Counted from the first letter of the stretch, positions 12,778 through 25,702 are shown. The stretch: 64,000 bases of DNA from Octopus sinensis (GCF_006345805.1 NC_043015.1:30814001-30878000), one strand, 5' to 3'. Program-made: numbers and translations. The notes: generated from the letters alone by a model not told the origin.

Positions 12778-13092
12778 GACGTATATTTGCCATTTAAATA
12801 TGGCTAACCCCTAAGGGTGGATGCTACTGCAGTTTGTAGCCCCAGGAGGACACCTCCTCCAGCTGGCTATAGACAAACTTTCTGTGCCCTATCAGTATTT
12901 GTGAAAGGAAGCCATCCTTCCCATCTTCAACTAGGGCACAGAAAGTGTGTCTATAGCCAGCTGGAGGAGGTGTCCTCCTGGGGCTACAAACTACAGTAGC
13001 ATCCACTCTTAGGGGTTAGCCATATTCAAATGGCAAATATACTTCACGATGTGTTGCAGCTACTGTTTATAACTCGCTCTAAGATTTATTAT
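12778..13092. mobile_element. 315-bp insertion containing a 111-bp-arm inverted repeat
   Basis: Arms 12781-12891 and 12932-13042 with 4 mismatches. Flanked by direct repeat AACTGAAGAAGT (12766-12777 and 13093-13104). Confidence 0.85.
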
Positions 13093-14084
13093 AACTGAAG
13101 AAGTATTTGACAATAAGTAAACTGCTGTACTTGGCATTCATCAACCTGGAGAAAACATTTGACAGGATCCCTCACTAATTGATGTGGTGGTCACTGTGGA
13201 AGCTAGGAGCAGATGAATGGCTGAGAGCCATTTAAGTCATCTACTGTCAGTAAAGTGAGAGTTAGCAATGAATTTAGTATGGAGGTAGTTCACCAGAGCT
13301 TGATTCAAAATTCTCTCCTACTCACTCGTCATAGTCCTCCAGGCCATAACAGAGGAGTTTAAAACCAGCTGCCTGTGGGAACTTTTGTTCTTATAGCTGA
13401 ATCTATACTAGAATTAGAATAGAAATTCCAGACATGGAACCAAAACCTGGATTCAAAGGGCCTTAAAGTTAACTTAGCAAAGACTAAAGTTTATTAAGCA
13501 GGGAAACAGAGAGTTCTTTTGGGTGAATAGCCCTTTTTCTTATGTAGAAAAGAAGTATATAGAAATTTTGCATAGTATATCTTAATGCAAGCAATGGACA
13601 CAAAAGACATGCAGTGAAATAATAAGAAGGTTAACAGAGAAAAGAATCTTTGTTGGGCAGATGTACAAAAGCAAGAAACATTCAGAGAACACTGATAATG
13701 GATTTTCTTGAATGCCCAGGAGAATTGCTAGAGGTGGTAGATGGTTTCTATTATATTATATTATATTATATTATAATTACATATATAAAAGCATGTAGAT
13801 AGTTAAGATATGTATAATAATTCCAACAGAAAGAATGCCAAAGGTGGAGTAGCAAGTGCTGAAAACCAACTACTGATACCTAAATTAATCTCCGGAGTTG
13901 TACGAAGCAGCTTAAAGTTCTAGCTGTGATGTGGAATGAATATAAAGGGATCAGTGGTATGAGTCCTCATTCCTGGATATTGGAATGAATGGAAAATGAC
14001 TCTCCCCAGACACAACAGAATGTATGGAGTTTAAGGTATTATAAGGAATTTAAATGTAGCACCATCTGTACATGGTCGATGCCA

Positions 14085-14335
14085 GCACCAGCTCGACTGG
14101 CTTTCGTGCCGGTGGCATGTAAAAAGCATCAACTGATCATGGCCATTGCCTGTGGCACGTAAAAAGCACCCACTACACTCACGGAGTGGTTGGCATTAGG
14201 AAAGGCAGCCAGCCGTAGAAACACTGCCAGATCAGACTGGAGCCTGGTGCAGCCTCCTGGCTTCCCAGACCCCAGTCGAACCGTCCAACCTATGCCAGCA
14301 TGGAAAACGGACGTCAAACGATGATGATGATGATG
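14085..14335 (+). mobile_element. LINE/SINE 3' tail fragment ending in (GAT)n (RTE-type tail inferred)
   Basis: GGCACGTAAAAAGCACCCACTACACTC...GGACGTCAAACGATGATGATG. Further copies at 18025-18208, 44309-44620 (minus) and 53660-53862. Confidence 0.8.
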
Positions 14336-14879
14336 GAATTTTTTTTGTGAATTTATGAAGTAAATTAGAGGAAACCCAGTGGAATGTGGAATAATGTACT
14401 GTTTGTTGTTTTCAAATCTTTATGAATTATGAATTAGAGGAATCGTTTCATTATTGTACTTGTTTGACAAGTGACTTAACTTGAGGCCATGTATTTGAAA
14501 CTAGAGCAATTACATTGTAGAAGAGACACTTCTGGGGCAGAGGAATGTTATAAATGCTAACTGAAGCATTTGAAATTGTATGTGTGTGTATTCGTGTCTC
14601 CTTGTCTTGACGTTATGGGATAGTTTTAAACGAGTGTCACTGTTATAACCAACAGTGTTATTTGTTTCCAATACCTTCCTTGGAAACAAGTGGGAGTTAG
14701 TGACAGGAAGGCATCCAGTCACACAAAATCAGCCTCAAATAAACATCATCTGACCAATGCAAACATGGAAAAGTGGACATTAAATGATGATGTGGATGAT
14801 GATGATGATGATGATGATGATTGTACCAATTAACATTTTTGTTACCATATTTCTTTCAAACAACATTTCAATTAATTTT

Positions 14880-15194
14880 GAAAATACAGACACACCTTGA
14901 CTTATGTCATAAATTGGTTCCAATATATTCTAAAAAATTTATTACTCATATTTTGTTTTTGGATTTGGTTTGCAAGATTCTTTATGTGAGTTTGTGTGTT
15001 GAAGCATATTCTGTTGTGTCTGGGGAGAGTCATTTTCTTTTTGTGTCTTATAATTTAACGCACTCACTGGTAAAATCTCCACTTATTTCTTATTTCTTAT
15101 TTTTATAAAAACAAGAAATAAGTGGAAATTTTACCAGTGAGTGTGTTAAATTATAAGACACAAAAAGAAAACGACTCTCCCCAGACACAATAGA
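14880..15194. mobile_element. Repeat fragment with terminal fold-back (82-bp arms), Penelope-like by architecture
   Basis: Arms 15010-15091 and 15113-15194 with 4 mismatches. The same sequence occurs at 26313-26490 and 13972-14000. Confidence 0.7.
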
Positions 15195-15349
15195 TTATTG
15201 CTCATATTTTTAATAAATGGTTTGTATGTATTGCACCTGTATTTTATTTCATTTTCACTTCAGTACTGTTTTTTATGTTTTTCTTTTTTAATTTATCATT
15301 TTTACACTTTTAAATATGTTCAACTGAGACCAACATAAAGTTCGATAAT

Positions 15350-15736
15350 CTTTTATCTGTTTCAGTCATTAGACTGCGGCCATGCTGGGGCATCACCTTG
15401 AATTTTTTAGTCAAATGAATCGACCCCAGTACTTATGTCTTTTTAAGCCTGGTACTTATTCTATCGGTCTCTTTTGCTGAACCGCTAAGTTATAGGGATA
15501 TAAACACACCAATGCCAGTTGTCAAGTGGTGATGGAAGGGGGACAAACACAGACACACATAGGTATATATACATATATATATGACAGGCTTCTTTCAGTC
15601 TCCATCTACCAAGTTCACTCACGAGGCTTTGTGGTCTGCCCGAAGCTATAGTAGAAGACACTTGCCCCACAGTGGGACTGAACCAGGAACCATGTGGTTG
15701 GAAAGTAAGCTCCTTACCACAGCCACTCCTGCGCCT
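15350..15736 (-). mobile_element. SINE family 1, full length
   Basis: Collinear with 2701-3095, including the tRNA-like head. Confidence 0.9.
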
Positions 15737-16101
15737 ATAATCACACAGCCGCTTCTTTGCTTCCGAACTTGTTTAATTTTTGCTTACATAAGCACAACTA
15801 GTGATAGAAATAAAAGTATATACATGGCTGATGTATTTATGTGTAAGATATGATGGAAATTACATGGAGGTTTATGACCCATTACAAAAGGAAGTTAGCG
15901 TTTCCTGGTTTAGAGAGATGATTCATTAAATCAGAATGCCATTAGAAAAAAAATTGGGGAAAAAAAAAAACGTACTTTATTAGTAACAGCTGAAATATTA
16001 AAAAGATTATCAGGGATCTTTTTGAGTAAAATAAAAATAAAATAATTTTAGACCCTGAAATTACTAGTTTGTAAGTATGCCTCTAAAATCAGCAAAATTT
16101 A

Positions 16102-16500
16102 AGGTTCAGGCATAGCTGTGTGGTAAGAAACTTGCTTTCCAACCACATGGTTCTAGGTTCAGTCCCACTGTATGACTCCTTGAATAAGTGTCTGCTACTA
16201 TATCCTTGGGCCTACCAAAGCGTAGTGAGTGGATTCAGTAGATGGATATTGAAAGAAGCCTGTTGTTTATATGTATATATTTATGTGTGTGTGTGTGTGT
16301 CTGTATTCGTTCCCTCAATTACTGCTTGACAACTGGTGTTCGTGTGTTTACGTGCCCATAACTTAGTGGTTCAGCAAAAGAGACCAATAGCATAAGTACC
16401 AGTCTTAAAAAATATGTCCTGGGGTCAATTTACATGACTAAAATCCTTCAATGTGGTGCTCCAGCATGGCCTCAGTCAAATGACTGAAACAAATAAAAGA
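16102..16500 (+). mobile_element. SINE family 1, diverged full length
   Basis: TAGCTGTGTGGTAAG...GGTTCAGTCCC head and CAGTCAAATGACTGAAACA tail. Confidence 0.85.
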
Positions 16501-16784
16501 ATATGACAAGTTTCCTCACAGTTTCCATCTACCAAATTAATTCATAAGGCACTGGATTGGCCAGGAGCTTTAGCAGAAGATACATACTTGAAGTGCCATG
16601 CAGTGGAACTGAATCTGAAACCTTGTGCTTGCAAAATGAGATTGTGAGCTCAGGGTCGAATGATATATTCTATGAATTATAAGCATGAATCATATACATA
16701 ATCCTTTCTAGTATAGTAACAAGGCCTGAAATTTGGTGGGAGGGGTTCTACCCGATCACATCACCTTCAGTGCTCAGCTGGTAC

Positions 16785-17018
16785 AGGCGGCAAGCTGGTA
16801 GAAACGTTAGCACACCGGACGAAATGATTAAAACGGTATTTCATCTGCCGCTATGTTCTGAGTTCAAATTCCGCCGAGGTCGACTTTGCCTTTCATCCTT
16901 TCGGGGTCGATTAAATAAGTACCAGTTACGCACTGGGGTCGATATAATCAACTTAATCCGTTTGTCTGTCCTCGTTTGTCCTCTCTGTGTTTAGCCCCTT
17001 GTGGGTAGTAAAGAAATA
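16785..17018 (+). mobile_element. SINE family 2, full length
   Basis: GGCGGCAAGCTGG...GGGTAGTAAAGAAATA. Confidence 0.9.
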
Positions 17019-18718
17019 GGTACTTATTTTATCGATCCCAAAAGGATGAGAGGCAAAGTTGACCTCAACAGAATTTGAACTCAGAGCATTGCTTAAATAG
17101 TCAGAAAAATGACAGGAAGTATTTTGTCTGACTTGCTTACATATATTTTCTGTGTCCTTCCTTTTTTTCAAGGCAGGTGGGTGTGATTCAAAAAGAATTT
17201 AGCTATTATTTCTTGATGGGCTTTATTATTGGAGGTTCAGTAGGTTCAGCTTGCTGTAGCAATAATAACTGATTGTTTGGACAGTCTAAACCTGGTAGAC
17301 AGGTGTGGTGGTCAGGTTTGTTGCTCAACTAGACTTAATATAAAAAATACTGACAACTCGTTTATCATAAATTAACAATAAAGTAAATAACCAAATAAAC
17401 AAATAAATAAGCTGCAAATTAGTCTCTTACAAGAAATGTGTATCACACTCAGATGTCAGTAATTTCACACAGGATGAAGGTCAAACTTATTACTTCCTGT
17501 TTTTAATTAGTTTTATTTTATTCTATTCCTTTTTTTTAATTATTATTTTGTATTATGATTTTGCCTCTAAACCCATTTATTGTATAGCTACACTCAAAAT
17601 GTTTGCAGAAACTGTTGATATTCTATGTAATAAATAAATAAATAACAAAGAAACCATTATTATCATTAAAATGGTAAGCTGGCAGAATTGTTAGAACATT
17701 AGACTAAATACTTGGTGGCATTTTTTCCAGCTTTATGCTCCGAGTTAAAATTCCACCAGGATCGGCTTTACCTTTCAGTTCAGCAACAGAATTAATGTAA
17801 TTGACTAACTTCTGCCCCACTAAATTTCAGACCTAGTGCTTATATTTGAAATAATTATTATAAATAAAGGCAACGAGCTGGCCAAGTTGTTAGTGTTTTG
17901 GACTAAATGCTTAGCATCATTTCTTCTGGCTCTTTACATTCTGAGCTCAATTCCTGCCAAAGTCAACTTTGCCATTCATCCTTTCAGGGTCAATAAAATA
18001 AAGTACCTGTTAAGTACACCTGTGCAGGTGGCATGTAAAAAGCACCCACTACACTCACGGAGTGGTTGGCATTAGGAAGGGCATCCAGCTGTAGAAACAC
18101 TGCCAGATCAGACCGGGCCTGGCGCAGCCTTCTGGCCTCCCAGACCCCAGTTGAATTGTCCAACCCATGCTAGCATGGAAAGCGGACGTTAAACGATGCT
18201 GATGATGATTAATCTAATTAACTCAGCTCCTTCCCATTAAAATTGCTGGCTTTGTGCCAGTACTAGAATAATTATTCTTATTATTAATGGAAAAGGTGGT
18301 GAGCTGGCAGAATTGTTAGCATGCTGGACAAAATGCATCACGGTATTTCATCCATCTTAACATTCTGAGTTCAAATTCCACCAAGGTTGACTTGGCCTTT
18401 CATCCTTTCGGGATTGGTAAAATAAGTACCAGTTGAGAACTGGGGTCAATGAATTGACCCCAGGTTACTGAATTTCGCACTTATGGAAATTGTAAAGTAC
18501 GACCATCAATTTTAGGATATGGCCTGGAATTTCGCTCTTATGGAAACTTGTATTGCATAGTTTTGAATAGTCAACAATAGCAGTTTAAAACTACACACTC
18601 TTCTCAGTGCAAAGGCCACTTGCGTTTTAGTTAAGATCAAAGTATATAATTAATGAATTGAAAAACTATCATCGTGTTACACACATGCATACATGTATAT
18701 ATAATGTACATAATGTGA

Positions 18719-18778
<60 letters not shown>

Positions 18779-19283
18779 CAATAAGAAAACGGAGGGGATC
18801 AATAGGTGGTTCATCATCCTCCTAGTAACGCTCATTCCACCAACCTATCCTCATACAATAGTCAACATCTTTTGTGGTAAAAACATACTTTTATGATATT
18901 AAAATTCTTATTAATTCCCCAACTTATTCCTCTTGAAATGTTTTTGTTTGTTCTTATGTATCTGTATTGTACCATGTCTGTTTAGATTTAGTTATTTTTA
19001 CGCATTAATGGTAGCCATGTTGCTTGCTCTGTTCTTTTCTTGTGCACTTTTTCGAAAAAGTCCATAGGAACACAACCTCACCTGATAATATTAAAACCAA
19101 TAGGAAAGTATTTCCCATTACAGAACTTTACATTACAGCCAGATTTTTCAAGAATGCATTATTTCCATAAAGTGAGGGATTCCTGTATTTGTATAGACAT
19201 CTTATGATTGTCACTGAAATTCACAAAACACAATTTTGTAAATCAATGCTCAGATATACTTCATCATAATAATATCTGTTACC

Positions 19284-19673
19284 TATTTCTTTACTACCCA
19301 CAAGGGGCCAAACACAGAAAGGACAAACTAGGACAGACAAACGGATTAAGTCGATTAGATCGACTCCAGTGCGTAACTGGTACTTGTTTAATCGACTCCC
19401 GAAAGGATGAAAGGCAAAGTCGACCTCGGCGGAATTTGAACTCAGAACATAACGACAGACGAAATACCTATTTCTTTACTACCCACAATGGGTTAAACAC
19501 AGAGAGGACAAACGGATTAAGTCGATTAGATCGACCCCAGTGCGTAACTGGTACTTATTTAATCGAATCCCGAAAGGATGAAAGGCAAAGCCGACCCCGG
19601 CGGAATTTGGACTCAGAACGTAACGGCAGACGAAATACCGATAAGCATTTCGCCCGGCGTGCTAACGTTTCTG
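19284..19673 (-). mobile_element. SINE family 2 dimer (second junction type)
   Basis: Two tandem copies joined at 19468/19469 (GAAATACC|TATTTCTTTACTACC). Confidence 0.85.
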
Positions 19674-19868
19674 TCACTTCTTGTTTGTATGAAAGTAATA
19701 GAACTGTGTTCAATGGAGATATAGATGGATGAAGTTGTAGAAAAAATGTAATTTCTCTGTAGTGTAAGAAGAGAGAGAGGTAATATTTGGTGGCGTTGGT
19801 GTTGGAGAAACGAAGCAGTGTGTGTGTGTGTGTGTGAGTATGAGTGAGGGAAATAAAGTTTATGAGTA

Positions 19869-19927
<59 letters not shown>

Positions 19928-20317
19928 TGAAAAGTACTTTAAAGTGTTGAAGGAGAATTAAAAGGGAAAAGAGAAATGCAGACCTCAACGAGAGAATAGT
20001 CTTTATGCAGGTGGGAAGGGGAAGGTAGAGAGAGTAAGACGGTAAAGAACTGAAAGCTGGGAACGGCCGTTAAGTGGAGGCGTGTGTGATATTACAACAA
20101 AGACCAGTTTATGAGAGGAGAAACGGGAGCACTTAATGCTTGTACACAGGATGTGAAGGTCTTCCACTTTCAATCTGGGATGGTCTTTATCTAATTCACC
20201 CCTCTCTCTCTTTCTTTGTATACACACGTTTATCTGTTGGTCTATCTGCCTGCTTGTCTGTCTAGGTTTTTTATTGCTAACATGACAAACAGAACTCAGA
20301 ACATGGGTGTATACTCT

Positions 20318-20660
20318 TACTCTTTTACTTGTTTCAGTCTTTTGACTGCGGCCATGCTGGAGCACCGCCTTTAGTCGAGCAAATCGACCCCGGGACTTAT
20401 TCTTTTGTAAGCCCAGTACTTATTCTATCGGTCTCTTTTGCCGAACCGCTAAGTAACGGCGACGTAAACACACCAGCATCGGTTGTCATGCAATGCTAGG
20501 GGGACAAACACAGACACACAAACACACACACACACATATATACATATATACGACGGGCTTCTTTCAGTTTCCGTCTACCAACTCCACTCACAAGGCATTG
20601 GTCGGACCGGGTCTATAGCAGAAGACACTTGCCCAAGATGCCATGCAGTGGGACTGAACC
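20318..20660 (-). mobile_element. SINE family 1, head truncated
   Basis: Near identity to 2701-3095. Confidence 0.9.
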
Positions 20661-20906
20661 CGATATATATATACATATTTTTATCAATATTTAGCAAAAG
20701 CAAGAGTGAGTGAGGGGTCCAGAGTTACATGCGTTAGCACTTATGAAATAAAAGTTTGATAAGCGCCAACCCGAGAAACTTTGGGCCCTTGAATCACTAT
20801 GTTGCTTGTCTCAAGCAACAATGATTAAATGTATAGAATAGGACAATGTCTACGTGGTTAAATGCCATCTTTTACATCTTTTACTATGACATTATAACAA
20901 AACCTA

Positions 20907-21322
20907 GGATCTTTTCGATTTGAACATCAGTTTTTTTCTAGCGATGTCATATGAAATTGTCACCCATAATTATGACCCTAGTATCGATCTATTGCATTTC
21001 AATCTGTTTTAGGGTTAGGGTTAGGGGTGGGGGAAGGGTATCTTTTTTTCTTCACAAATGTAAAAAAACCCAATCTGTTTCTTAAACGAGGGACATATTC
21101 ATGCGGCACAGAATGTTTTCACCTCAATAGACGTCATTGATTGGTTGAAATTGCAGAAATTGAAGAAAAAAACAACAAATATCTTACAAACTATAGAATT
21201 TTCTCAATAAAGCCAAGAGAAAAAGATGTTTTATAAACACATTCTACCGGTATACGAAGTTTAAAAGTGTTTAGTTACGTGGAAATTATTTTAAAAAACT
21301 GCCGTTCAAACCGAAAAGATCC
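20907..21322. mobile_element. MITE family B (GGATCTTTTCG TIR) with internal (TTAGGG)3
   Basis: TIRs GGATCTTTTCGATTTGAAC / GTTCAAACCGAAAAGATCC. TTAGGGx3 at 21009-21026. A full copy in the opposite orientation lies at 56013-56417. Confidence 0.9.
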
Positions 21323-21454
21323 TTAAAGGCTTAGGTTGCTGTTACTGAATTGAATTCTAGACATTTTATCTTCCATGTGTACATAAAATTACAATCTTGG
21401 AACAACTGGATAAACCTCACACAACCTATACTATCAATATAACCACAATTATAT

Positions 21455-21633
21455 ATTTCTTTATTGCCCACAAGGGGCTAAACATAGAGGGGACAAACAA
21501 GGACAGACAAAGGGATTAAGTCGATTACATCGAACCCAGTGCGTAACTGGTACTTAATTTATCGACCCCGAAATGATGAAAGGCAAAGTCGACCTCGACG
21601 GAATTTGAACTCAGAACGTAACGGCAGACGAAA
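21455..21633 (-). mobile_element. SINE family 2, 5'-truncated
   Basis: Matches the family consensus. Confidence 0.85.
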
Positions 21634-23252
21634 TACAACCACAATTATAACCAGCAACACTGTCATAGGTGGTGATGATGGTAATGGTATTGATGCTGAT
21701 AATAGTAGTATGATGGTGATTGTGATATTAGTAAATGTGGAGATGATGTCAGTAGACGAGATAGAAGAAGCAGCAGTAGCCATCATAGAAAAAGTAGGGG
21801 TTAGAATAATAGTAGTGGTGGTAGTAGTTATAAAGGTGGAGGTGGTGGTGGTGGTGGATTGAACGTGTGTTCTCTACTACGCAGTTAAATAATGAATGAC
21901 TGAATGCTGGTTTGTGAAAGTGATTCAGATAATCCCACCCTCACCGCCAAACACTGCACCAACACTACCGACACCATCATCACTACACAACCACACCCAA
22001 CTCAATCACTGGTTATACAACTGGCACTGCTGCTACTACTACTACTATCTACAGACTTCTGGGTTAGGTGCCAGTGTTAGCAGGTAAATGTGTTTTATCA
22101 AGTCTGGGGAGAGGTGTGGATGAAACAATTATGTCTATAGGGTGCGGTGAATGTATATGTGTTGGGAACAGTATATGATGTTATGTGTATATGTATGTAT
22201 GTGGTGTGCACGAAACCAATTCAGTTTTTGTGTGTTTGTGAAGAATTTGCATACACTATTTAAAATAAATAAATTATGATGTACAGCTAGACAACACACA
22301 CACACATATATATGTATATGCCACAAAATGTCCCAAAACTAGAAACCATTAATTAAGTATTACCTTAGCCAAATGAGATTACCCATGAAATCAATCAGGC
22401 AATATTAATATATATGTAATCATCGTAAACCACAAATGCAAAAACTAGTTCAGCCTTACTAGAATGAAGGTGGACTCAGAATAACCAGACCCCAATATAT
22501 AAAAGATTCACAAACACGTATATCAAACATACATTCCCTTCATCAGCTGTCTATTGAATATCACAATGGTTTCGACACCCGGGCAGGACCATTCAATCCA
22601 GTAGTGTCAACAATGTTAATAACATAAACTCTGCCTGAGAGTCAATAGACAAGCAATAGGAGTGCGATATAAACATAATATACCCATACACAAACAACTG
22701 ATTATAATAATAATAACATCACACACATGCAAAATAGTATTAACTTATAACTACAAAGCTAGAAATTAAAAAAACAGTATCTGTAAAACAAAGTAAATTC
22801 ATCCTACAAACGGCATCCCCCAAAAACTATAGTACACAATAAAACTAGCGAACCAATTGTATTGAACTAAATCTACTGAACCACCAATATGGTAATTACA
22901 ACACAACAAACAGCAGAACTAGAAGAACTTCAAACGCAAAAAATGGTGTTTGATCCAACTTTGATGATTTTTTTTATGTGGTTTTTTTTTTTGGTTTTTT
23001 CCAGAAACAGCTTGATGTATTGGTGAAGTCAGCAGCATTGAAATTGTTGAGAAAAAGTTAACTGACATGGAGGACAGGAAGCTTTCTGAATATTCAAAAA
23101 GAATTTCCTGTATCGTGATGATTTATGCCAAGGTGTCAAAATGCCAACATCATGATTGCTGCTCAATGATCTGTGAACACTGTGACGGCTGTAAGACACG
23201 ACGTGGACATCTGCAATGGCGACTACAATGCTAACGCCAGCATAAAGGGATA

Positions 23253-23701
23253 AAGGTGGCGAGATGGCAGAAACGTTAGCACACCGGGCAAAATGCTTAG
23301 CAGTATTTTGACTGTCTTTACGTTCTGAGTTCAAATTCCACCGAGGTCGACTTTCCTTTTCATCCTTTTGGGGTTGATAAATTAAGTACCAGTTATGCAC
23401 TGGAGTTTATGTAATCGACTTAATCCCTTTGTCCTTGTTTGTCCCCTCTGTGTTTAGCCCCTTGTGGGCAATAAAGAAATAAGAAACGTTAGCACGCCGG
23501 GCGGAATGCTTAGCGGTATTTCGTCTGTCTTTACGTTCTGAGTTCAAATTCTGCTGAAGTCAACATTGCCTTTCATCCTTTCGGGGTCGATTAAATAAGT
23601 ACCAGTTATGCACTGGGATCGATGTAATTGACTTAATCCCTTTGTCTGTCCTTGTTTGTCCCCTATATGTTTAGCCCCTTGTGGGCAATAAAGAAATAAG
23701 A
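23253..23701 (+). mobile_element. SINE family 2 head-to-tail dimer
   Basis: TSD AGCATAAAGGGATA at 23239-23252 and 23702-23715. Confidence 0.9.
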
Positions 23702-23779
23702 AGCATAAAGGGATACAATTACAGAAGGCGTTCTGACTGCACAAATATGCCAGAGTTCATCCCCACATTTTTGAACAGA

Positions 23780-24108
23780 GCTTTGCACTCAATTCAGACA
23801 GCTCTGTGAAACTTCTGGAGACTCTGGTCAATCTTTGGCTGGAGAGGGTTGCTAATGGAAGGCCATGTGTGTGGCAGCAGAAATTGGATCTTTGCTATAC
23901 ATCCGCAAAGAGTCAGAAGTCGTTGTCGGAGAACTTCTACAATTTCATTAGTCCCAATTTCTGGCCTCCTAATTCCCTCAATTGTAATACCACTGATTAC
24001 TATCTGTGGGGTACAGTTGAGAAAGACACCAACGGCTTTGCCTGCAACACCCATGCCAAGCTGATGCCCAAGATCAAGGTATTCAAAGATCACAGACAAC
24101 ACAGATAA
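23780..24108 (+). mobile_element. maT-type (DD37D-like) transposase remnant
   Basis: LLETLVNLWLERVANGRPCVWQQ...NFWPPNSLNCNTTDYYLWGTVEK. There are 37 residues between the mutated second-D position and the third D. Confidence 0.8.
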
Positions 24109-25320
24109 GTGTAAGTATTTCAAAAACTATACAACATAAATACTTCATTTATGGAAATTTCTACTTCTGGAGTAGGATGTGTCCCAATTATCAAACAATA
24201 ACTGAGGCTAGCTCAATATGAGAAGAGAAAATAATCTCAAATCTCAAGAATTCTCCAATGTTGACATGCCATTAATGAAGAAGACAAGTTTATTGAATAG
24301 AGATAAGTGGACAGTTGTGGACACATGTTTGTCTTGATAGATGTCATCAGCATGGCAATTATCCTAACCAACAGCCAATGTATTTATGTGTGTGTGTGTG
24401 TGTAACTTTAACTACCACATTAGGAATGTTTCCATTGTGTCATACCCATTTGATAGGATCATACATGATTGAACCGGCTGTAATGTGGTACCTAACATTG
24501 GTTCCAAATTTTGGCAGAATGCCAGCAAGGTTTGGAGGAGGAGCTAAGTCGATTAAATCAACCTCAGTATTCGACTAATACTTACTTTATTGGCCCCAAA
24601 ATGATGAAAGGCGAATTCAGCCTTGGCAGAATTTGAACTGAGGTTCTAAAGTTGAAAGAAAAGCTACCAAGTATTTTTTCCGGTGCCAGCAACGATTCTG
24701 CCACCTCATCCACTCAATGTGGTATCAAATATTAGTTTCAAATTTTGGCACAAGGCCAGCAATTTCAAGGGAAGGACTAAATTGATTACACCAGCCCCAT
24801 TGCTGAACTGGTACTTAAGGATGAAAACAAAGTTGACCCCAGTTAAAATTTGAACTCAAATAGAAACTTGTTAAATTTCTTCCAACTCCTTGAAGATTTT
24901 CAAATTTTCTCCAGATTATTATTTTAAAATGTAGTTTTGATGTAATTTCGCATTTTTACTAGAAATTAATAAAGAAAACCTCCATTGCTGACATCATCCG
25001 AGCTGATGTCTATTGACATGGGAGGAGGTGGGGGTCAACGTGTCCGAAACCTACACGTGGTCTCTCGATCTGCTAGAAATAGCAGCCAAATCTTCCTTAG
25101 ACTACACCATAGCGTCCAAAATACAAACAGACGAAACATTGTGCCACAGCACCGTTTATCTCCTTGCTCGAGGCAGACCCAAATGATTTTCGCTTTATTA
25201 ATAACATTCAGATTAAAGTCAATATTCACGGGCGCAATCTTAACCCTTGAAACACTTAGTGGGCATAACAGATCCGTATTAAACGCACTTTCTTTTTTTG
25301 TGATAAAATTGTAAAGAAAG

Positions 25321-25702
25321 TTTCCGTAAAAAATTTTTTTTTTTTTACATATGGGCTTGCGGGAACTTTTGAAGCAATATACATACATATACACATACAC
25401 CGAGTAAAAAATTTCAGTTATCTCTTTCTTTCACACACACTAACAGAAGCACTTCACTTACACAACATACTGTCTGTCTCCCACACCTCATCAAACACAC
25501 ACTCACACACGCACGCACACACACATGTACATCAATGCTTCCCATGCACGGTAACTTCAAAAGAACTTCCCTCGTCATACAATCGCTTTCTCTTAGTCTC
25601 TTTCGCTCTCATTACTTCAAAAGTTCCCGCAAGCCCATATGTAAAAAAAAAAAAATTTTTTTACGGAAATCGACGGAAAGGTCTACTAGAGACGAAAGAT
25701 CG
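25321..25702. mobile_element. MITE family A, second copy (left TIR truncated)
   Basis: Shares TIR and internal sequence with 379-656, with a longer CA-rich interior. Confidence 0.85.

Larger units (their letters stand above)
11700..13740 (+). mobile_element. Decayed RTE-clade LINE (linker and RT region), interrupted twice
   Basis: Pieces SEKKEAQKCYCERL, DKAIKDTKTEKAP, LYLAFINLEKTFDRIP and GLKVNLAKTKV are typical of RTE reverse transcriptase. Many stops. Confidence 0.85.

Noticed and set aside
12817-13006. Mirror-image 60-aa ORFs on both strands (MDAT.VCSPRRTPPPAGY...)
   Set aside because: A direct consequence of the DNA inverted repeat, and the start codons are GTG. Not evidence of coding.
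17586-17624. Possible small exon TLKMFAETVDIL
   Set aside because: Weak donor (GTAATA) and no other support.
19208-19732. 174-aa ORF with an internal duplication, and other RKDERQSRPRRNLNSE / GAPPLVEQIDP ORFs
   Set aside because: Translations of SINE families 1 and 2.
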